DNA from: a virus | Lineage: Duplodnaviria; Caudoviricetes | Reading direction: 5' to 3' (one strand) | Virus record (IMG/VR): IMGVR_UViG_3300020201_000027 | Span: 1 to 54,496 of that record | Length of the DNA: 54,496 nt | In this document: in pieces, positions 24,309 through 35,601 of the stretch | Numbering within the stretch: position 1 is the stretch's first letter | Layout: each line of letters opens with the position of its first letter | Notes under the pieces: model-generated | The model's input: only the letters and a program-made list of their open reading frames with translations | Told to the model about the DNA's origin: nothing | The model's database searches: none | Program-made: the position numbers and the translations under genes

Positions 24309-27300
24309 TGTCCGGCGCAATGAATGCTCCTATCAACATCAATATCCAGGCTAACAACCTGGCTATTCTTGGTGCAATTCGAGCTTCAGTTGATTCCCTG
24401 CGGACTGCACTGAACAATCTGGAACGGACAGCCGCTGGGGCTGGCCGTGCAATGACGGGCTTTGAGAACAGCATCCGCGGTCTAGACCGCACTATGAAGT
24501 ATATCCTGGCCGGATCAGTCGTTGGTCTGTCAGGCGGCTTCATAAAGATGGCTTCTGATCTTGAGCGATTGCAAATCACTCTCGCCACAATTGAAAATTC
24601 ATTTGAGAAGGCAGATGTTGCGCTAGACCGAATGCTGGTCTTGACGCAGAAGGCACCATTTTCTCTAACAGCAATTCACGAAGCCTTTGTCAAGCTGCGG
24701 TCATCAGGCATCGAGCCAATCATTGATGATGCCGGAAATGGCCCTCTCAAGAACCTGCTTGATGCTGTAGCTGCCTTTGGCGGCACAGATGAACAAGTCA
24801 AGCGCGTGTCTCTGGCCATCGAGCAGATGGCCGGCAAGGGCGTCATATCGATGGAAGAACTCCGTCGTCAAATGGGCCAGCAAATTCCCACTGCCATTAG
24901 ATTGATGGCTGAAGGAATGGGCATATCTGTTGCCAAACTTATATCAGACATCAGCCGAGGCACCGTTGCCTTCAACGATGCTGTTCCGCCCATGCTGGAT
25001 AAATTCAAAGAGAAATATGGCGGCGCTGGAGATTTGCTTGCCAATACATTCAGCGGCTCACTTCGTCTTGCCACTGCAGAGGTCAACAAATTTGCTGTTA
25101 CACTAAACAAGTCTGGCGCTCTTGATGTTTTGACTTCTGCAGTCCTAGCAGCCGTCAAAGCCATGCGCTATCTGAATTCTGCTGCAACTGTGACTGCTGT
25201 CCAGGAATGGATGGCCAGCCTTTTGAGATTTGCTGACCGTAATGCTGATGCATTTGTGCGAGCAGTCGCCACCATCCAAGACTTTGGAACAGCATTTGTA
25301 ACAATAGTCAGCGCGATCTTTGGAGCAGTATCCCAGCTTCCTGCAGAGGCAGTTGCTGGCGGCGTCATTGGTTGGCTGATCTTTGGTCGCGCTGGACTTG
25401 TTGTAGGAGCCATACTAGGCCCATCCACTGAAGTGGTCATGGGAGTTACCTCTGCAATTTCATCTTTGTTCGGCGCGGTGGTTTCAATCATAGGAGCCTC
25501 AGGAATTGAAACCACCTCTATTGCCACCTATGGCGTAATTGGTTGGCTCCTGTTCGGTCGGACAGGTCTGCTGGCCGGGGTTCTGCTGAGTCTTGTGGAC
25601 CGCTTCTTTGGTGCCATCCGCACCAACCTGGCCACCATGTTTGCTGACCTTGCAGGAATTGCCGCTGGAGTGGCAGACCCGCTCAACTTTGGTAAAGCAT
25701 TCACAGGAGCCAAGGAAGAATTTCGCAAGAACAACACAAGCACCCCGGCCAACCCAGATGGCGGCAAAGGGTTCTTTGGGTTTGGAGACATAACCAAAAA
25801 TCCGTTCGAGGAACTGTTCAGCAAAAATGCCAAAGCAGATGCTGCTGATGCAGCTCAAGGCATATCCCGCATCTCTGAGGTCATGCAAGAACTGCGCGCT
25901 AACATCGCAAAGACGCGCGAAGAATTTGACGGCAAATTTGGCCAACCCAACGACATCCCTGGACTGTCCACCAATGCAACGCGCGGCATTGAGAAGTTTG
26001 GACAGGCTTTTGGGCAGGTCGAGGATCGTCTAAAGGCAGCAAAAGGCAGCCCGCTTGACTCTTGGGTAAGTCGTCAAAAAAGAGCGGCCGATAGATTTGA
26101 GACTGATGTCATCAAGCCAATGGAGGACTCATGGCGCAAATTTAACGAACAGGGCAAGACCAGAGACGCTGACTTGGTAATGAAGAGCCTAACTGATGCC
26201 CGGGAACAACTCGACACATTTCGCAAAAATGTTGAAAGCGTTGAGGCTCTTGAAAGACGTAAGACGAATTTGCCTCGCACCAGAGGTTTTCGTTCAGGGG
26301 CATCGTCTGGTGACTCCCTGGAAAATCTCACCTCATTCGGTGGAGACCCTGATGGTGATACATCTGCTTGGAGGAGAGGGGCTTCAGGCCGTCTGGGCCG
26401 CCCAGGAAGCGTGCGTTCAACTGGGGCACTTGGTCGATATGAAACTGCGCTTGAGACCCTCAATACACAGCTGACTGCATTTGAAGAACGGTTTACTCAC
26501 GGCAGCGTTTCAGCTGAGTCTGAGGCAGCAAAAATTGAATCTCAATTTGCCCCGATGGTTCGGCAGATTGGTAACATGCGCGATGCACTTGTCACTCTCA
26601 AAGGCTCTGAATCTGACCGAGCAATAGTGCTTGAAGAGTTGTCTTTTGTTGAAGAGCGTTTGAACCATATACGAGCCCAGGGCATTGCTATTGCTGAGCG
26701 TAAGTCAGCGAGAGAGAAATCAGATGCAATTCAAGATGCCGCCAGAAGCGTTCGCACGCTTGGATCACAGGCAAGCGTGGCTGAACTTGGCCAGTCAATG
26801 TTCGGTGCGGACCAGGCTGATATTATCAGCAGAAAAGAGGCAGCGCAGGCTCAGGTTGATGGGATCACCGACAAAGTCACAGAGTTGCGGCGTCGATTGG
26901 AAGACACCCCAGGAGACACCTGGCTGCCTCAATTCATCGACAAGCTTGAGCAAATTCGCGGACGCTTCATCGCGCTGCGCGACAATGTTGGAACGACCCA
27001 GGAAGCTCTGAACAAGATTTCTCGTGATCTTGGAGACAACGTTGGCAAAGCTCTGGAGGATGGCCTGGGCTCTAGCATTGAGGCCATGATTACCCGCACA
27101 AAGTCGCTGGGCGACGTGGTCAAATCGATGTATGCAGAAATCACTCGTGCTGCAATCCAATACTTGATGAAGCAGGCCCTAATAGCGGCAGGATCATCTG
27201 ACGGAACAGTTGGCTCACTACTCAAATCATTGATTGGGGTAGGCGCTGGCGCTGGCGCTGCTGCTGGCGCTGCTGCCTCTTCTGTGCCAGTATTCACTGA

Positions 27301-27622
27301 TGCAAACATACCATCAGCCAGAGGAAATGTGTTCTCCAAATTTGCTGGCGGTGGCACGTTCACCAACTCTATTGTTCGCGGACCCACTCAATTTCCAATT
27401 GGACTTATGGGGGAAGCCGGGCCTGAGGCAGTTATGCCGCTTACCAATGTAAATGGAAAACTCGGCGTTGCTGCCAGCAGAGGCGGTGGAGATAATTACA
27501 GCATCAACATCACCGCAGTAGACGCGGCAAGCGTAGCAAGGCTATTCTCGGATCATGGTGGCGCGCTAGTTGAAACCATGAGGCAGCGAGACCGTTTGAA
27601 CCGCGGATACGGGAAAAGATAG
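24308..27622 (+). CDS. Tape measure protein
   Basis: 1104 aa; QMAGKGVISMEELRRQMG tape-measure domain; C-terminal MGEAGPEAVMPL. Confidence 0.92.
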   Translation: MSGAMNAPININIQANNLAILGAIRASVDSLRTALNNLERTAAGAGRAMTGFENSIRGLDRTMKYILAGSVVGLSGGFIKMASDLERLQITLATIENSFEKADVALDRMLVLTQKAPFSLTAIHEAFVKLRSSGIEPIIDDAGNGPLKNLLDAVAAFGGTDEQVKRVSLAIEQMAGKGVISMEELRRQMGQQIPTAIRLMAEGMGISVAKLISDISRGTVAFNDAVPPMLDKFKEKYGGAGDLLANTFSGSLRLATAEVNKFAVTLNKSGALDVLTSAVLAAVKAMRYLNSAATVTAVQEWMASLLRFADRNADAFVRAVATIQDFGTAFVTIVSAIFGAVSQLPAEAVAGGVIGWLIFGRAGLVVGAILGPSTEVVMGVTSAISSLFGAVVSIIGASGIETTSIATYGVIGWLLFGRTGLLAGVLLSLVDRFFGAIRTNLATMFADLAGIAAGVADPLNFGKAFTGAKEEFRKNNTSTPANPDGGKGFFGFGDITKNPFEELFSKNAKADAADAAQGISRISEVMQELRANIAKTREEFDGKFGQPNDIPGLSTNATRGIEKFGQAFGQVEDRLKAAKGSPLDSWVSRQKRAADRFETDVIKPMEDSWRKFNEQGKTRDADLVMKSLTDAREQLDTFRKNVESVEALERRKTNLPRTRGFRSGASSGDSLENLTSFGGDPDGDTSAWRRGASGRLGRPGSVRSTGALGRYETALETLNTQLTAFEERFTHGSVSAESEAAKIESQFAPMVRQIGNMRDALVTLKGSESDRAIVLEELSFVEERLNHIRAQGIAIAERKSAREKSDAIQDAARSVRTLGSQASVAELGQSMFGADQADIISRKEAAQAQVDGITDKVTELRRRLEDTPGDTWLPQFIDKLEQIRGRFIALRDNVGTTQEALNKISRDLGDNVGKALEDGLGSSIEAMITRTKSLGDVVKSMYAEITRAAIQYLMKQALIAAGSSDGTVGSLLKSLIGVGAGAGAAAGAAASSVPVFTDANIPSARGNVFSKFAGGGTFTNSIVRGPTQFPIGLMGEAGPEAVMPLTNVNGKLGVAASRGGGDNYSINITAVDAASVARLFSDHGGALVETMRQRDRLNRGYGKR

Positions 27623-28200
27623 TGTCTTTTTCAATTCTTGTCATGAGCCCGCTGCCGGCAGACCTGACTCGTGACCCGCAATGGGGCGAGTCAGCAATCC
27701 GATATGACACGGGCGCAAGGCAGGCATCCTCCCCGTATGTGAAACCTCTCTACCGATACACAGTAAACTTTTCCAACATTCCTCGTTCCAAGCAATCCTC
27801 GCTTGAGGCATTTTACAATGCTCGGCGCGGCAAAGTTGAGCCTTTCCTGATGCAAGACCCTTACGACTTCTCAGGTCAAGGCGCTATAATTGTGCGGACC
27901 GGAACAAACCCAAGCTCTTTTTGGGCTGTGACTGCACAGGGATACCCGGTCATCGCAAGATCGGGATTTTTGCGGATCGTCAGCGCGCTGTCCGGGACTT
28001 TGACACAAGGCAGCCACTATATTCTGGACCAAAGCACGGGAATAATCGTTGCTTCGATGCGGCCCACAAGTGCAGATTACTGGACTACTGCATCTCTGGA
28101 GTTCTACAAAAAAGTGGCATTCTCATCCTATACTGAGCAAAGCCGCTCGTGGAATGTTTTCGGAGGCAACTTTGTCATCGAAGAAATTGCACTGTCATGA
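27622..28200 (+). CDS. Distal tail protein (DUF2460-like)
   Basis: LEAFYNARRGK..PFL..DPYD motif. Confidence 0.75.
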   Translation: MSFSILVMSPLPADLTRDPQWGESAIRYDTGARQASSPYVKPLYRYTVNFSNIPRSKQSSLEAFYNARRGKVEPFLMQDPYDFSGQGAIIVRTGTNPSSFWAVTAQGYPVIARSGFLRIVSALSGTLTQGSHYILDQSTGIIVASMRPTSADYWTTASLEFYKKVAFSSYTEQSRSWNVFGGNFVIEEIALS

Positions 28201-29033
28201 GGTCTGTAAGCTCCGCATTCTGGCTGGCTCTCCAGCAGGACGCAATTCAAATTGCGGAACTAATCGAATTGAATGTGCCTTCTGGCACGTTACGATGGAC
28301 AACTGCAAATCACGAGATTGTGTCTTCAGGGAGCAATTTCAAACCGTTGCCAGGATCAACAGGGCGCGGCGCGGAGGAAAGCACAGACCTAAGCGTGGGC
28401 ACAATTGAATTCAGCGTTGTAAACTCTGGCGATTTTCGCACTTTGGTGTTTGGTGACTCTCTGCTGAATGCAGCTTTGTCTGTATCTCGCGTAATAATCA
28501 ACTCTCCTGATATTGGTCGTATTTGGATGTTCCGCGGCAAACTAGGGGATATCACCTACAACCGCGATGAGATATCCGGGCAAGCTCGGAATAGGTTCAA
28601 TGGCATAGCAGAGTCATTTCCTAACCAGACCTACCAAGACCATTGCGTTTGGCGGTTTGGGTCAGTGGGGTGCGGATTTGATACTGCCAACATTACCGTC
28701 TCAGCTGCCTTTAATGCAGGCGCTAGCACGCCTCTAGTCGTTGTAGCATCCGCTGGAACGATCTCTGGCTCCTACTCCCCCAGCTACCTAGAGAGGGGTC
28801 GCCTTACTGTGCTAACTGGCGCGAACAGCGGACAGGTGCGGACGATCAGAACGCAGACCGGCGATATGATGGGGCTATCACACTCTCTACCAAATGCCGT
28901 CGCATCCGGGGACACCTTCCGTGTATTTCCAGGCTGCCGCAAAAGATGGATCGAGGACTGCGCAAGCAAATATAACAACACTGCCAATTTCCTAGGGTTT
29001 CCTTGGATACCGAAGCGCGAGCAGGCATACTGA
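28197..29033 (+). CDS. Baseplate hub protein (DUF2163/BR0599-like)
   Basis: C.W.FG...CG and PGCRK....C..KYNN..NFLGFPWIP. Confidence 0.85.
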   Translation: MRSVSSAFWLALQQDAIQIAELIELNVPSGTLRWTTANHEIVSSGSNFKPLPGSTGRGAEESTDLSVGTIEFSVVNSGDFRTLVFGDSLLNAALSVSRVIINSPDIGRIWMFRGKLGDITYNRDEISGQARNRFNGIAESFPNQTYQDHCVWRFGSVGCGFDTANITVSAAFNAGASTPLVVVASAGTISGSYSPSYLERGRLTVLTGANSGQVRTIRTQTGDMMGLSHSLPNAVASGDTFRVFPGCRKRWIEDCASKYNNTANFLGFPWIPKREQAY

Positions 29034-29034
29034 G

Positions 29035-29466
29035 ATGGACCAGGCACTAAGTCTAGCAATTATAGAAGAAGCACGATCCTGGGTTGGCACTCCCTATCAT
29101 CACAAAGGGAGGGTCAAAAGAGTTGGCGTGGATTGTGGCGGTCTCATCTATGAATTGTTCTCTCCGCACCGGGCTCTGCGTCCATTTCCCAGTGACTATC
29201 CGCAAGATTGGGCGCTTCACAATTCAGATGAACTGTATCTTTCGTTCATTTCAGAATATGTAAAAGAAGTTGACTCACCATCCATTGGAGGGCTTGTGGT
29301 GTTCCAATTTGGAAGATGTTTCTCGCACGGAGGTCTGGTGACCGAGCGGAACACTGTGATCCATTCATGGGGAAGAACCGCTAATGGATCAGTCATGGAA
29401 AGCAACTGGAACTTCTTCTTGCGCGGACAGCCTGGTCGTCCATGCAAGCTCTATGAGGTAACGTAA
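29035..29466 (+). CDS. NlpC/P60 tail-associated peptidase
   Basis: ARSWVGTPYHH...GVDCGGL...HGG...IHS. Confidence 0.9.
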   Translation: MDQALSLAIIEEARSWVGTPYHHKGRVKRVGVDCGGLIYELFSPHRALRPFPSDYPQDWALHNSDELYLSFISEYVKEVDSPSIGGLVVFQFGRCFSHGGLVTERNTVIHSWGRTANGSVMESNWNFFLRGQPGRPCKLYEVT

Positions 29467-32400
29467 TGTCTCGCCTAGCAGGGCCCATTGGAGCATTAGT
29501 TGGCGGAGGCATTGGCTTCGCAGTCGGCGGCGGCTGGGCCGGGGCTCGCCTTGGTGCATCAGTTGGCTGGATTGTTGGATCGTGGGTCGGATCAGCCCTG
29601 ACTGATGAGAAGAAGGATAATTTCAAGCCTGAGAATATGCCTAAATTCAACACTGCTATCCGTGGTGCAACCATACCAATTCTGTTCGGGACGAACAGAG
29701 TAGCAGCGCAGATTGCATGGCAAGGCAATTTTCAGGCAACAAGAAACGCTGATGCTGGCGGCAAGGCCGGAGGATCAGGCGGGCCAGGCGGAGGCGGCAA
29801 GGGCGGAGCATCAGGCGGGCCATCATACAGCTACAAGATCAGCCTGGTTTATCATCTTGGTCAGGTGCCATCTCCTGTCTCTTTGATTAGAGTTTGGAAT
29901 AACGGCCATGCGATAAGCGCAGCGTCGTTGCGGGAAATCAGCACTAGTCATGCAGCGACATTTCTTGGCCCTCAGCCAGCCACAGAAGAGCAAGCAAGCA
30001 ATCTGGAGTCTGATGGGTCCATATTCTTCGACGGATCAGCCCCGGCTATCAGCAATTGGTCTGTGATTCAAGCAGCAGCTGGCCGAGCAGTTACCTGGCC
30101 CGGCACCGTCTGGCTTGGGTTTGATTCCCTTGTTCTTGGTGGCTCTCCAAGCATTCCTCAACTGTCTTTTGAAATTGGAACGTCAAACTTTCGCTGGGAT
30201 TATTCTTCAACGCCTTTGGGCAAATCAGTAGACCTGGGAACTGGCTCCCACTTTGTCAGTCGCAAGCCTGATGTCTTCAACAATGTTTGGACAATGGAAT
30301 CATCTGACCCTGGTGTTGGCGGGTTGATGAAATGCTACTCTGCGGCTACCGGGGCGCTTCTGAGCACCTATTACATGGAGACTGTTGCTCGCGAAAGCTG
30401 GATAACCGGAAATGCTAATGGTTTTAGTTATGTGTTTCAAGACTCACATCGAGCCGTTATTACGAATGATGGCACAACAATTGCATATTTGACTACCTTC
30501 CTAATCAATGATTCTGGTGCGGGGGATGTCAACGGAAAGAAGATTGCCTATATTATGATTGGCAAGCCTAACAATGTAGGCACAATAAGCTGGATTGGCT
30601 CCTGCTATACTGAGGTTCCGCTCCTATATAGCGGCAATAACATATTTGCCATCACGGGCTCTGGAGGGGAACGCGACAACTTCCTGTTTGACAACAACTC
30701 TAGCACAAACACTGACACGACCTTCCACTATGCCCCTTCAATTTCTGTGATTGGGGGCCAAAACAACCTTATGTTTGCCACCAATGCCTATAGGTTCACC
30801 ACCGCTTCATATCGCAAAAACTGGCTGAGCACATTCACCACATCTCAGCAGGGCCCAGGAACTCTTGCTGCTGCCCTTCCGGTCTATAATGTTGGAGGAA
30901 CTTTAACAGCCAATCGAATTGTATATTATTTTGGAAAGGGATATGCGGCAGGTAACGGGAAGAATGGACAAGCATCATTTGACAATCTATGGGTTGATGC
31001 TTGGCGCCCAAGCCATACCAACGGAGGCATGGTATATCTTCTAATAACTGCAGCGCCCGCATTTAACTATTCATCAATTGAATTTTCATATGTCAACATG
31101 GCTGACCCTGTCGCAGATGACAGTAATTTCTTTGATGAATCACATGTTGCATTCAGTTCCTTTTCTGATGATTGGCTTGATATAACTAATGCCTCTGCTA
31201 ACTCAAATCATTACTATCAATCCGATCCATTTGTCTATGCAATGGATACTGGGACATTCCTTGTAATCTGGCCAAGCATCAGCTCAACAGATTCAAGCTA
31301 TGGATCGGACTATCGCCCAAAGTCAAACGTCAGGCTATTTATTTATGATGGCAAAACAAACAAATTTTATGCCATCAAAAACCTTCAAACGGTCAGCTTT
31401 GGGCGAATGATCACAGAATATGGAGGAACAGATTCAGGCGTAGTTGCAGCAGGGCATCTTGCCCTCAAGATTGTGAACAATCGCCTATATATTTATCTTC
31501 GCATCAACAACTCCAATGACAGCCCCAAAAATGTCTATATTTGGATTGATGCAGGTGCATTCAATCCATCAGACGCCGATGTGTATCCCCCATACATCAT
31601 TCGTGAGATATTGACCAACACAAGGTGGGGTCTATATCCTGACGGCGGCATCATAGATGAAACCAGCTATGATAAGGCAATCAAATATTGCACTGACAAT
31701 GATATCAAAATATCTACCGTAATAAACCAGCAAGAGAGCGCCACCCAAATATTCTCCATGCTTCTGGCGGTCTATGACGGATGGCTGAGCATTGATGCTG
31801 CCTCCAACCGGATCAAATTTGGAGTCATGGACCTATCGCCGTCCCCGGTTCGCACCATTGACAACAAAAGGTTGGTTAGGCAATCATCCTCTCCGCCTGT
31901 GACTAGCACCAAGGGAGCCAGGCAGGATACGTATAATTTGATCAAAGTCAATTACTTTGATCGTAATTTGAACTATGAACAGAATCAAATTCAGGAAGGC
32001 GATGAGGTAGACCAAGACCTTAATGGAATTCGAGTCAGAGAATTTCCGCTCAGATTTGTGATGCAGGAACTAACTGCTCGGCGCCTGGCAGTCCGCACCC
32101 TATGGTCAAATCTATACGGCAAAGATACGCACTCATTTCAGCTGGGCTGGAGAGACGCTGACTTGGAGCCTGGCGATCTCATAACGCTTGTGGATAGCTT
32201 CTCTGGCTTGAATCAAGTTGTCCAAATTACTCGGATGGCAGAAAAGGAGCGCGGCATATTTGATGTGAGCGCCCAGCAGCAACTTCAATATGTTCCTGGT
32301 CTCGCACCATCCCAGGTATCCAGCGCGCAATGGGACTACATAAACACAGGGGGCATTTCCTCATATACTTCTGCAGCAAGTCCATATGAGTTCAATGTAA

Positions 32401-33428
32401 TTCAAGGCGTATATGGTCCGCGCGAGTCAACTGCGTTCGAGCTTCCCAAGGAATTTGAAATTTCAGGGACTTCGCACGTTTTTGTTTCTTGGGCGGCGCT
32501 GGGCAGGCCTGCCGGGGCAACCCTATATGTAAGCGCAGATGGTTTGACGTATGGCCCTGTAAAATCAATCACCCCATATCAAGTTGCTGGCACGCTTCTC
32601 ACCAACCTTCCTAATAATTCCAATTTTTCAGAAGGCATGGAACTGTTTCTTGCGCCTTCAAGCAACTATACTACCAGCTCAAATTATTGGGATTACATGG
32701 ACTACCTGACTGATGTGTCTCAGGAAGCCATGCATGCCGGGGCAGGCCTGATATGGGTTGGCTCTGAGATGATCTCGTTTGCGTCTCTTACCCTTGTTGC
32801 CCAGAACAAATATCGCGCAGCACGCGCATATCGAGGATGGGGCGGCACACCAGTTGGCGCTCACGGCAGCGGAGACACGTTCTATCGTCAAGGCGCTGGC
32901 ATGTTTGTGCTCCCTTACATCGCTAACCAAATTGGGAATACGCTATACTACAAGGTTGCTCCATTCGGGTTCAATGGGGTCGAATATCCAGTATCTTCAA
33001 TCGCAGCGAAGCAGTATAGTATTCAGGGCTTGTTCTATCGCCCCAGATTACCTGCACAAATCCAATATGAGGGGCGCCGTGGTGAGACCAGGTTCAATGT
33101 TGGCGCTGCCGTAGAAGCGACAATTATCTGGGAAGAATGCGCACAACAATCAGGATTTGGAGCCGGCGGTAATGGAAAGAATGGCGGCGGATATGGCGCT
33201 TTTGCTGGTGATGTCGCTAGTCTTGGCTATCATGTTTCAGTTGTGGGTAGCGGGTCTATTGTTGTGCGGTCCAGCTACGTCAGCACTGGTTATTTTTCGT
33301 ATACATCAGCACAAAATGCGGCAGACAACGGAGCATGGCGCGGAAACATCGCCATAAAAGTGACTCCGGCCAACCCCTATGGCTTAGCCAATGGGTTCTC
33401 AGTCCTTAGCCTGGAGTTGTTCGTGTAA
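29466..33428 (+). CDS. Tail tip / central fibre protein (GTA megatron-like, phage-tail_3 domain)
   Basis: GATIPILFGT.R, LEPGDLITL, E.ISF....L......RAYRGWGGT...AH..G motifs. Confidence 0.85.
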   Translation: MSRLAGPIGALVGGGIGFAVGGGWAGARLGASVGWIVGSWVGSALTDEKKDNFKPENMPKFNTAIRGATIPILFGTNRVAAQIAWQGNFQATRNADAGGKAGGSGGPGGGGKGGASGGPSYSYKISLVYHLGQVPSPVSLIRVWNNGHAISAASLREISTSHAATFLGPQPATEEQASNLESDGSIFFDGSAPAISNWSVIQAAAGRAVTWPGTVWLGFDSLVLGGSPSIPQLSFEIGTSNFRWDYSSTPLGKSVDLGTGSHFVSRKPDVFNNVWTMESSDPGVGGLMKCYSAATGALLSTYYMETVARESWITGNANGFSYVFQDSHRAVITNDGTTIAYLTTFLINDSGAGDVNGKKIAYIMIGKPNNVGTISWIGSCYTEVPLLYSGNNIFAITGSGGERDNFLFDNNSSTNTDTTFHYAPSISVIGGQNNLMFATNAYRFTTASYRKNWLSTFTTSQQGPGTLAAALPVYNVGGTLTANRIVYYFGKGYAAGNGKNGQASFDNLWVDAWRPSHTNGGMVYLLITAAPAFNYSSIEFSYVNMADPVADDSNFFDESHVAFSSFSDDWLDITNASANSNHYYQSDPFVYAMDTGTFLVIWPSISSTDSSYGSDYRPKSNVRLFIYDGKTNKFYAIKNLQTVSFGRMITEYGGTDSGVVAAGHLALKIVNNRLYIYLRINNSNDSPKNVYIWIDAGAFNPSDADVYPPYIIREILTNTRWGLYPDGGIIDETSYDKAIKYCTDNDIKISTVINQQESATQIFSMLLAVYDGWLSIDAASNRIKFGVMDLSPSPVRTIDNKRLVRQSSSPPVTSTKGARQDTYNLIKVNYFDRNLNYEQNQIQEGDEVDQDLNGIRVREFPLRFVMQELTARRLAVRTLWSNLYGKDTHSFQLGWRDADLEPGDLITLVDSFSGLNQVVQITRMAEKERGIFDVSAQQQLQYVPGLAPSQVSSAQWDYINTGGISSYTSAASPYEFNVIQGVYGPRESTAFELPKEFEISGTSHVFVSWAALGRPAGATLYVSADGLTYGPVKSITPYQVAGTLLTNLPNNSNFSEGMELFLAPSSNYTTSSNYWDYMDYLTDVSQEAMHAGAGLIWVGSEMISFASLTLVAQNKYRAARAYRGWGGTPVGAHGSGDTFYRQGAGMFVLPYIANQIGNTLYYKVAPFGFNGVEYPVSSIAAKQYSIQGLFYRPRLPAQIQYEGRRGETRFNVGAAVEATIIWEECAQQSGFGAGGNGKNGGGYGAFAGDVASLGYHVSVVGSGSIVVRSSYVSTGYFSYTSAQNAADNGAWRGNIAIKVTPANPYGLANGFSVLSLELFV

Positions 33429-34249
33429 TGCCATTTACCTCAGACCAACAGCTTGAGACGCAGGCTGCAGGCCAGGCAGATTGGGACACTGCTCTAAATT
33501 CCAATTTCTCCATATTGGAAAGAGGTCGCCATCTTATGGCGGTTGCCGGGGCAGCCATCGGATCAGGCCAGGTCTGTGTTGTTTCCAGCGGCGGATTTGT
33601 CATGCCAATGAACGCTGCGTCAACTTTCCTGACCCCTAATCTTATTTCCTACAAGTCAGTTAGCAGCGGAGACCAAACGCAGTTCTTACTACATGGCGCC
33701 ATCCGCTCCATGACAGTTTGGAGCGGTCACATCACATCTGGAAGACCAGTCCACGTATCTGCTAGGTCTATTGGCTTTCCAGTCAACAGCTTCGCAGGAT
33801 GCGGAGAGTCAGCTGGTCTGGCAATTGGCAATGATGCCATCCTATTCATGCCCGGCCATCACCGGACTTTGCCCTGCATCGACACAAACGTCAATACCGT
33901 CGGGCCTGTTCTCGTAAACACATTCGCTGACTTTGCGGTTCCTGTGGGTCGATTTGCTACCATACGCGATCTCACCTATGTTGGCAGCCACAACCGCCTA
34001 AAAATACAGTTTTGGAGCGGGTCATCTCGCGTCAGCAGCGAGCTGATCTATGAGACGCTGACTTCATCTGCTTCTCCTGGCTCTGCGGACATCACCTCAA
34101 CATTCTTCAAAGATCGCGCTCTGTTCCCTCACGAGAACACAGATGCCAATTCTGGCTGGTATATGTATGGTCGCATCACTGCTCAAAGCGGCAGCGGAGT
34201 GGGCAGCGCATATGCCAACTTCACGATTGTTTCTGAGAGGGTGCGGTAA
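33428..34249 (+). CDS. Putative minor tail/virion protein
   Basis: GQADWDTALNSNFSILE N-terminus; position. Confidence 0.55.
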   Translation: MPFTSDQQLETQAAGQADWDTALNSNFSILERGRHLMAVAGAAIGSGQVCVVSSGGFVMPMNAASTFLTPNLISYKSVSSGDQTQFLLHGAIRSMTVWSGHITSGRPVHVSARSIGFPVNSFAGCGESAGLAIGNDAILFMPGHHRTLPCIDTNVNTVGPVLVNTFADFAVPVGRFATIRDLTYVGSHNRLKIQFWSGSSRVSSELIYETLTSSASPGSADITSTFFKDRALFPHENTDANSGWYMYGRITAQSGSGVGSAYANFTIVSERVR

Positions 34250-35601
34250 TGGCTGATTGGTTTTTTGATCCTGGGGCTGTTGGGACTGCCAGCGGCTCCA
34301 GCGCAGCCAATGCCTTTTTGAACTGCAACTCATGGTTTGCTCTTCAAAACTCAGCCACAGGTCTACTCACAACTGACCGGGTGTGGTTTCGTCGCACATC
34401 ACAGGCCAGCATGGTCCCATCAAGCGCGCAATGGGGGCGCCAGGGATGGGACCTGAACCAAAACATTGGTTGGTTGATTGGTTGGCCCAAGAGCGGAGAG
34501 CCATTCTATGAGGCAAGGCCGGGCGATGCGCGCAGCGCAGGATGGGATGCTGACGTCAACACGTATGTGAACACTGACATCAACATGGCAGTGTGGGCGC
34601 ACAGCGGCGATCCACATCCATCAGCGCCATTGATGGGCGTTGGCATGTCAAATTTCTGCATCAATCAATTGGGCGGGGTGAGTCGTCTCAGGGCAAATTC
34701 CTCTCAATATATTCCAAAGAGGAACATCCACTATCTGAACACCGGCCAGACTGGCATGCATAACTTTGATGACATATCCATAACCACCAGCATCCACATT
34801 GTGCTGCAAACTCCAGTCCAGGGAGGCCGCATTACCCTTACCGCATCAACTGTTGTGAACACTTCTCTGTTCAATGAAGGTGTGGTGTATGCAATCAATG
34901 AACTTGTGACAACGACAAATTCATATCGGGCGCTGCACGCCCAAAACATCAACGGCACTGATGAGGCCAAGAGGTCAGAGATCAATGTTTGGCGCGGAAA
35001 TCCTCCAAATACTGGCCTGATAAATACTGCGCAGGCAAGATGGAATTCCGTTCCTGTGATTGTGTATGATTGCTTCAGCAATGGGCCTGCTCTGCTGCAG
35101 GGCGCCGGCTGGTCAATCAATGTGAACCTTGCAACATCTGCTGAAGCAAGGGTGAATTCTGCCCCTATGCTTTCCACCCTTGATATCACCTCGCAGGCAG
35201 GCACCGGCTGGCGGTCTCATGCGGCTCGTTTCTATGGGGCTCAGGCCCAACTCAATGCTGATGCTCGTGCATTCATATCTGTGACCAGTGGCATTCCTGT
35301 TCACGTTCGTTGGCCTTTCATGACCACAAACAGCATCGTGGCGAACCCGGCTACCACTGGTGTGCCAATTGAAATGATTGTTCAAGGCCCTGGAGGTCGC
35401 ACAGTCTATGCCAACAGTTTGAAAGCCGGGGCAGTTAGCAGCTGGTCTGGAAACTCTGTGTCAGCAGGATCGGCGTGGTTGGCAGAGTTCAATTGGACGC
35501 CTCCTGACACCAGGACGCATTTCATTAATCTGTTGGTTGGTCTGGTGCCAGGATCAGTTGGCAAGGTATATATTGGAAACCCGCTGGTGAGTTCGTCATG
35601 A
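34249..35601 (+). CDS. Putative tail fibre / receptor-binding protein
   Basis: 450 aa, Ser/Asn/Thr/Gly-rich, G...GSS.ANA N-terminus. Confidence 0.5.
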   Translation: MADWFFDPGAVGTASGSSAANAFLNCNSWFALQNSATGLLTTDRVWFRRTSQASMVPSSAQWGRQGWDLNQNIGWLIGWPKSGEPFYEARPGDARSAGWDADVNTYVNTDINMAVWAHSGDPHPSAPLMGVGMSNFCINQLGGVSRLRANSSQYIPKRNIHYLNTGQTGMHNFDDISITTSIHIVLQTPVQGGRITLTASTVVNTSLFNEGVVYAINELVTTTNSYRALHAQNINGTDEAKRSEINVWRGNPPNTGLINTAQARWNSVPVIVYDCFSNGPALLQGAGWSINVNLATSAEARVNSAPMLSTLDITSQAGTGWRSHAARFYGAQAQLNADARAFISVTSGIPVHVRWPFMTTNSIVANPATTGVPIEMIVQGPGGRTVYANSLKAGAVSSWSGNSVSAGSAWLAEFNWTPPDTRTHFINLLVGLVPGSVGKVYIGNPLVSSS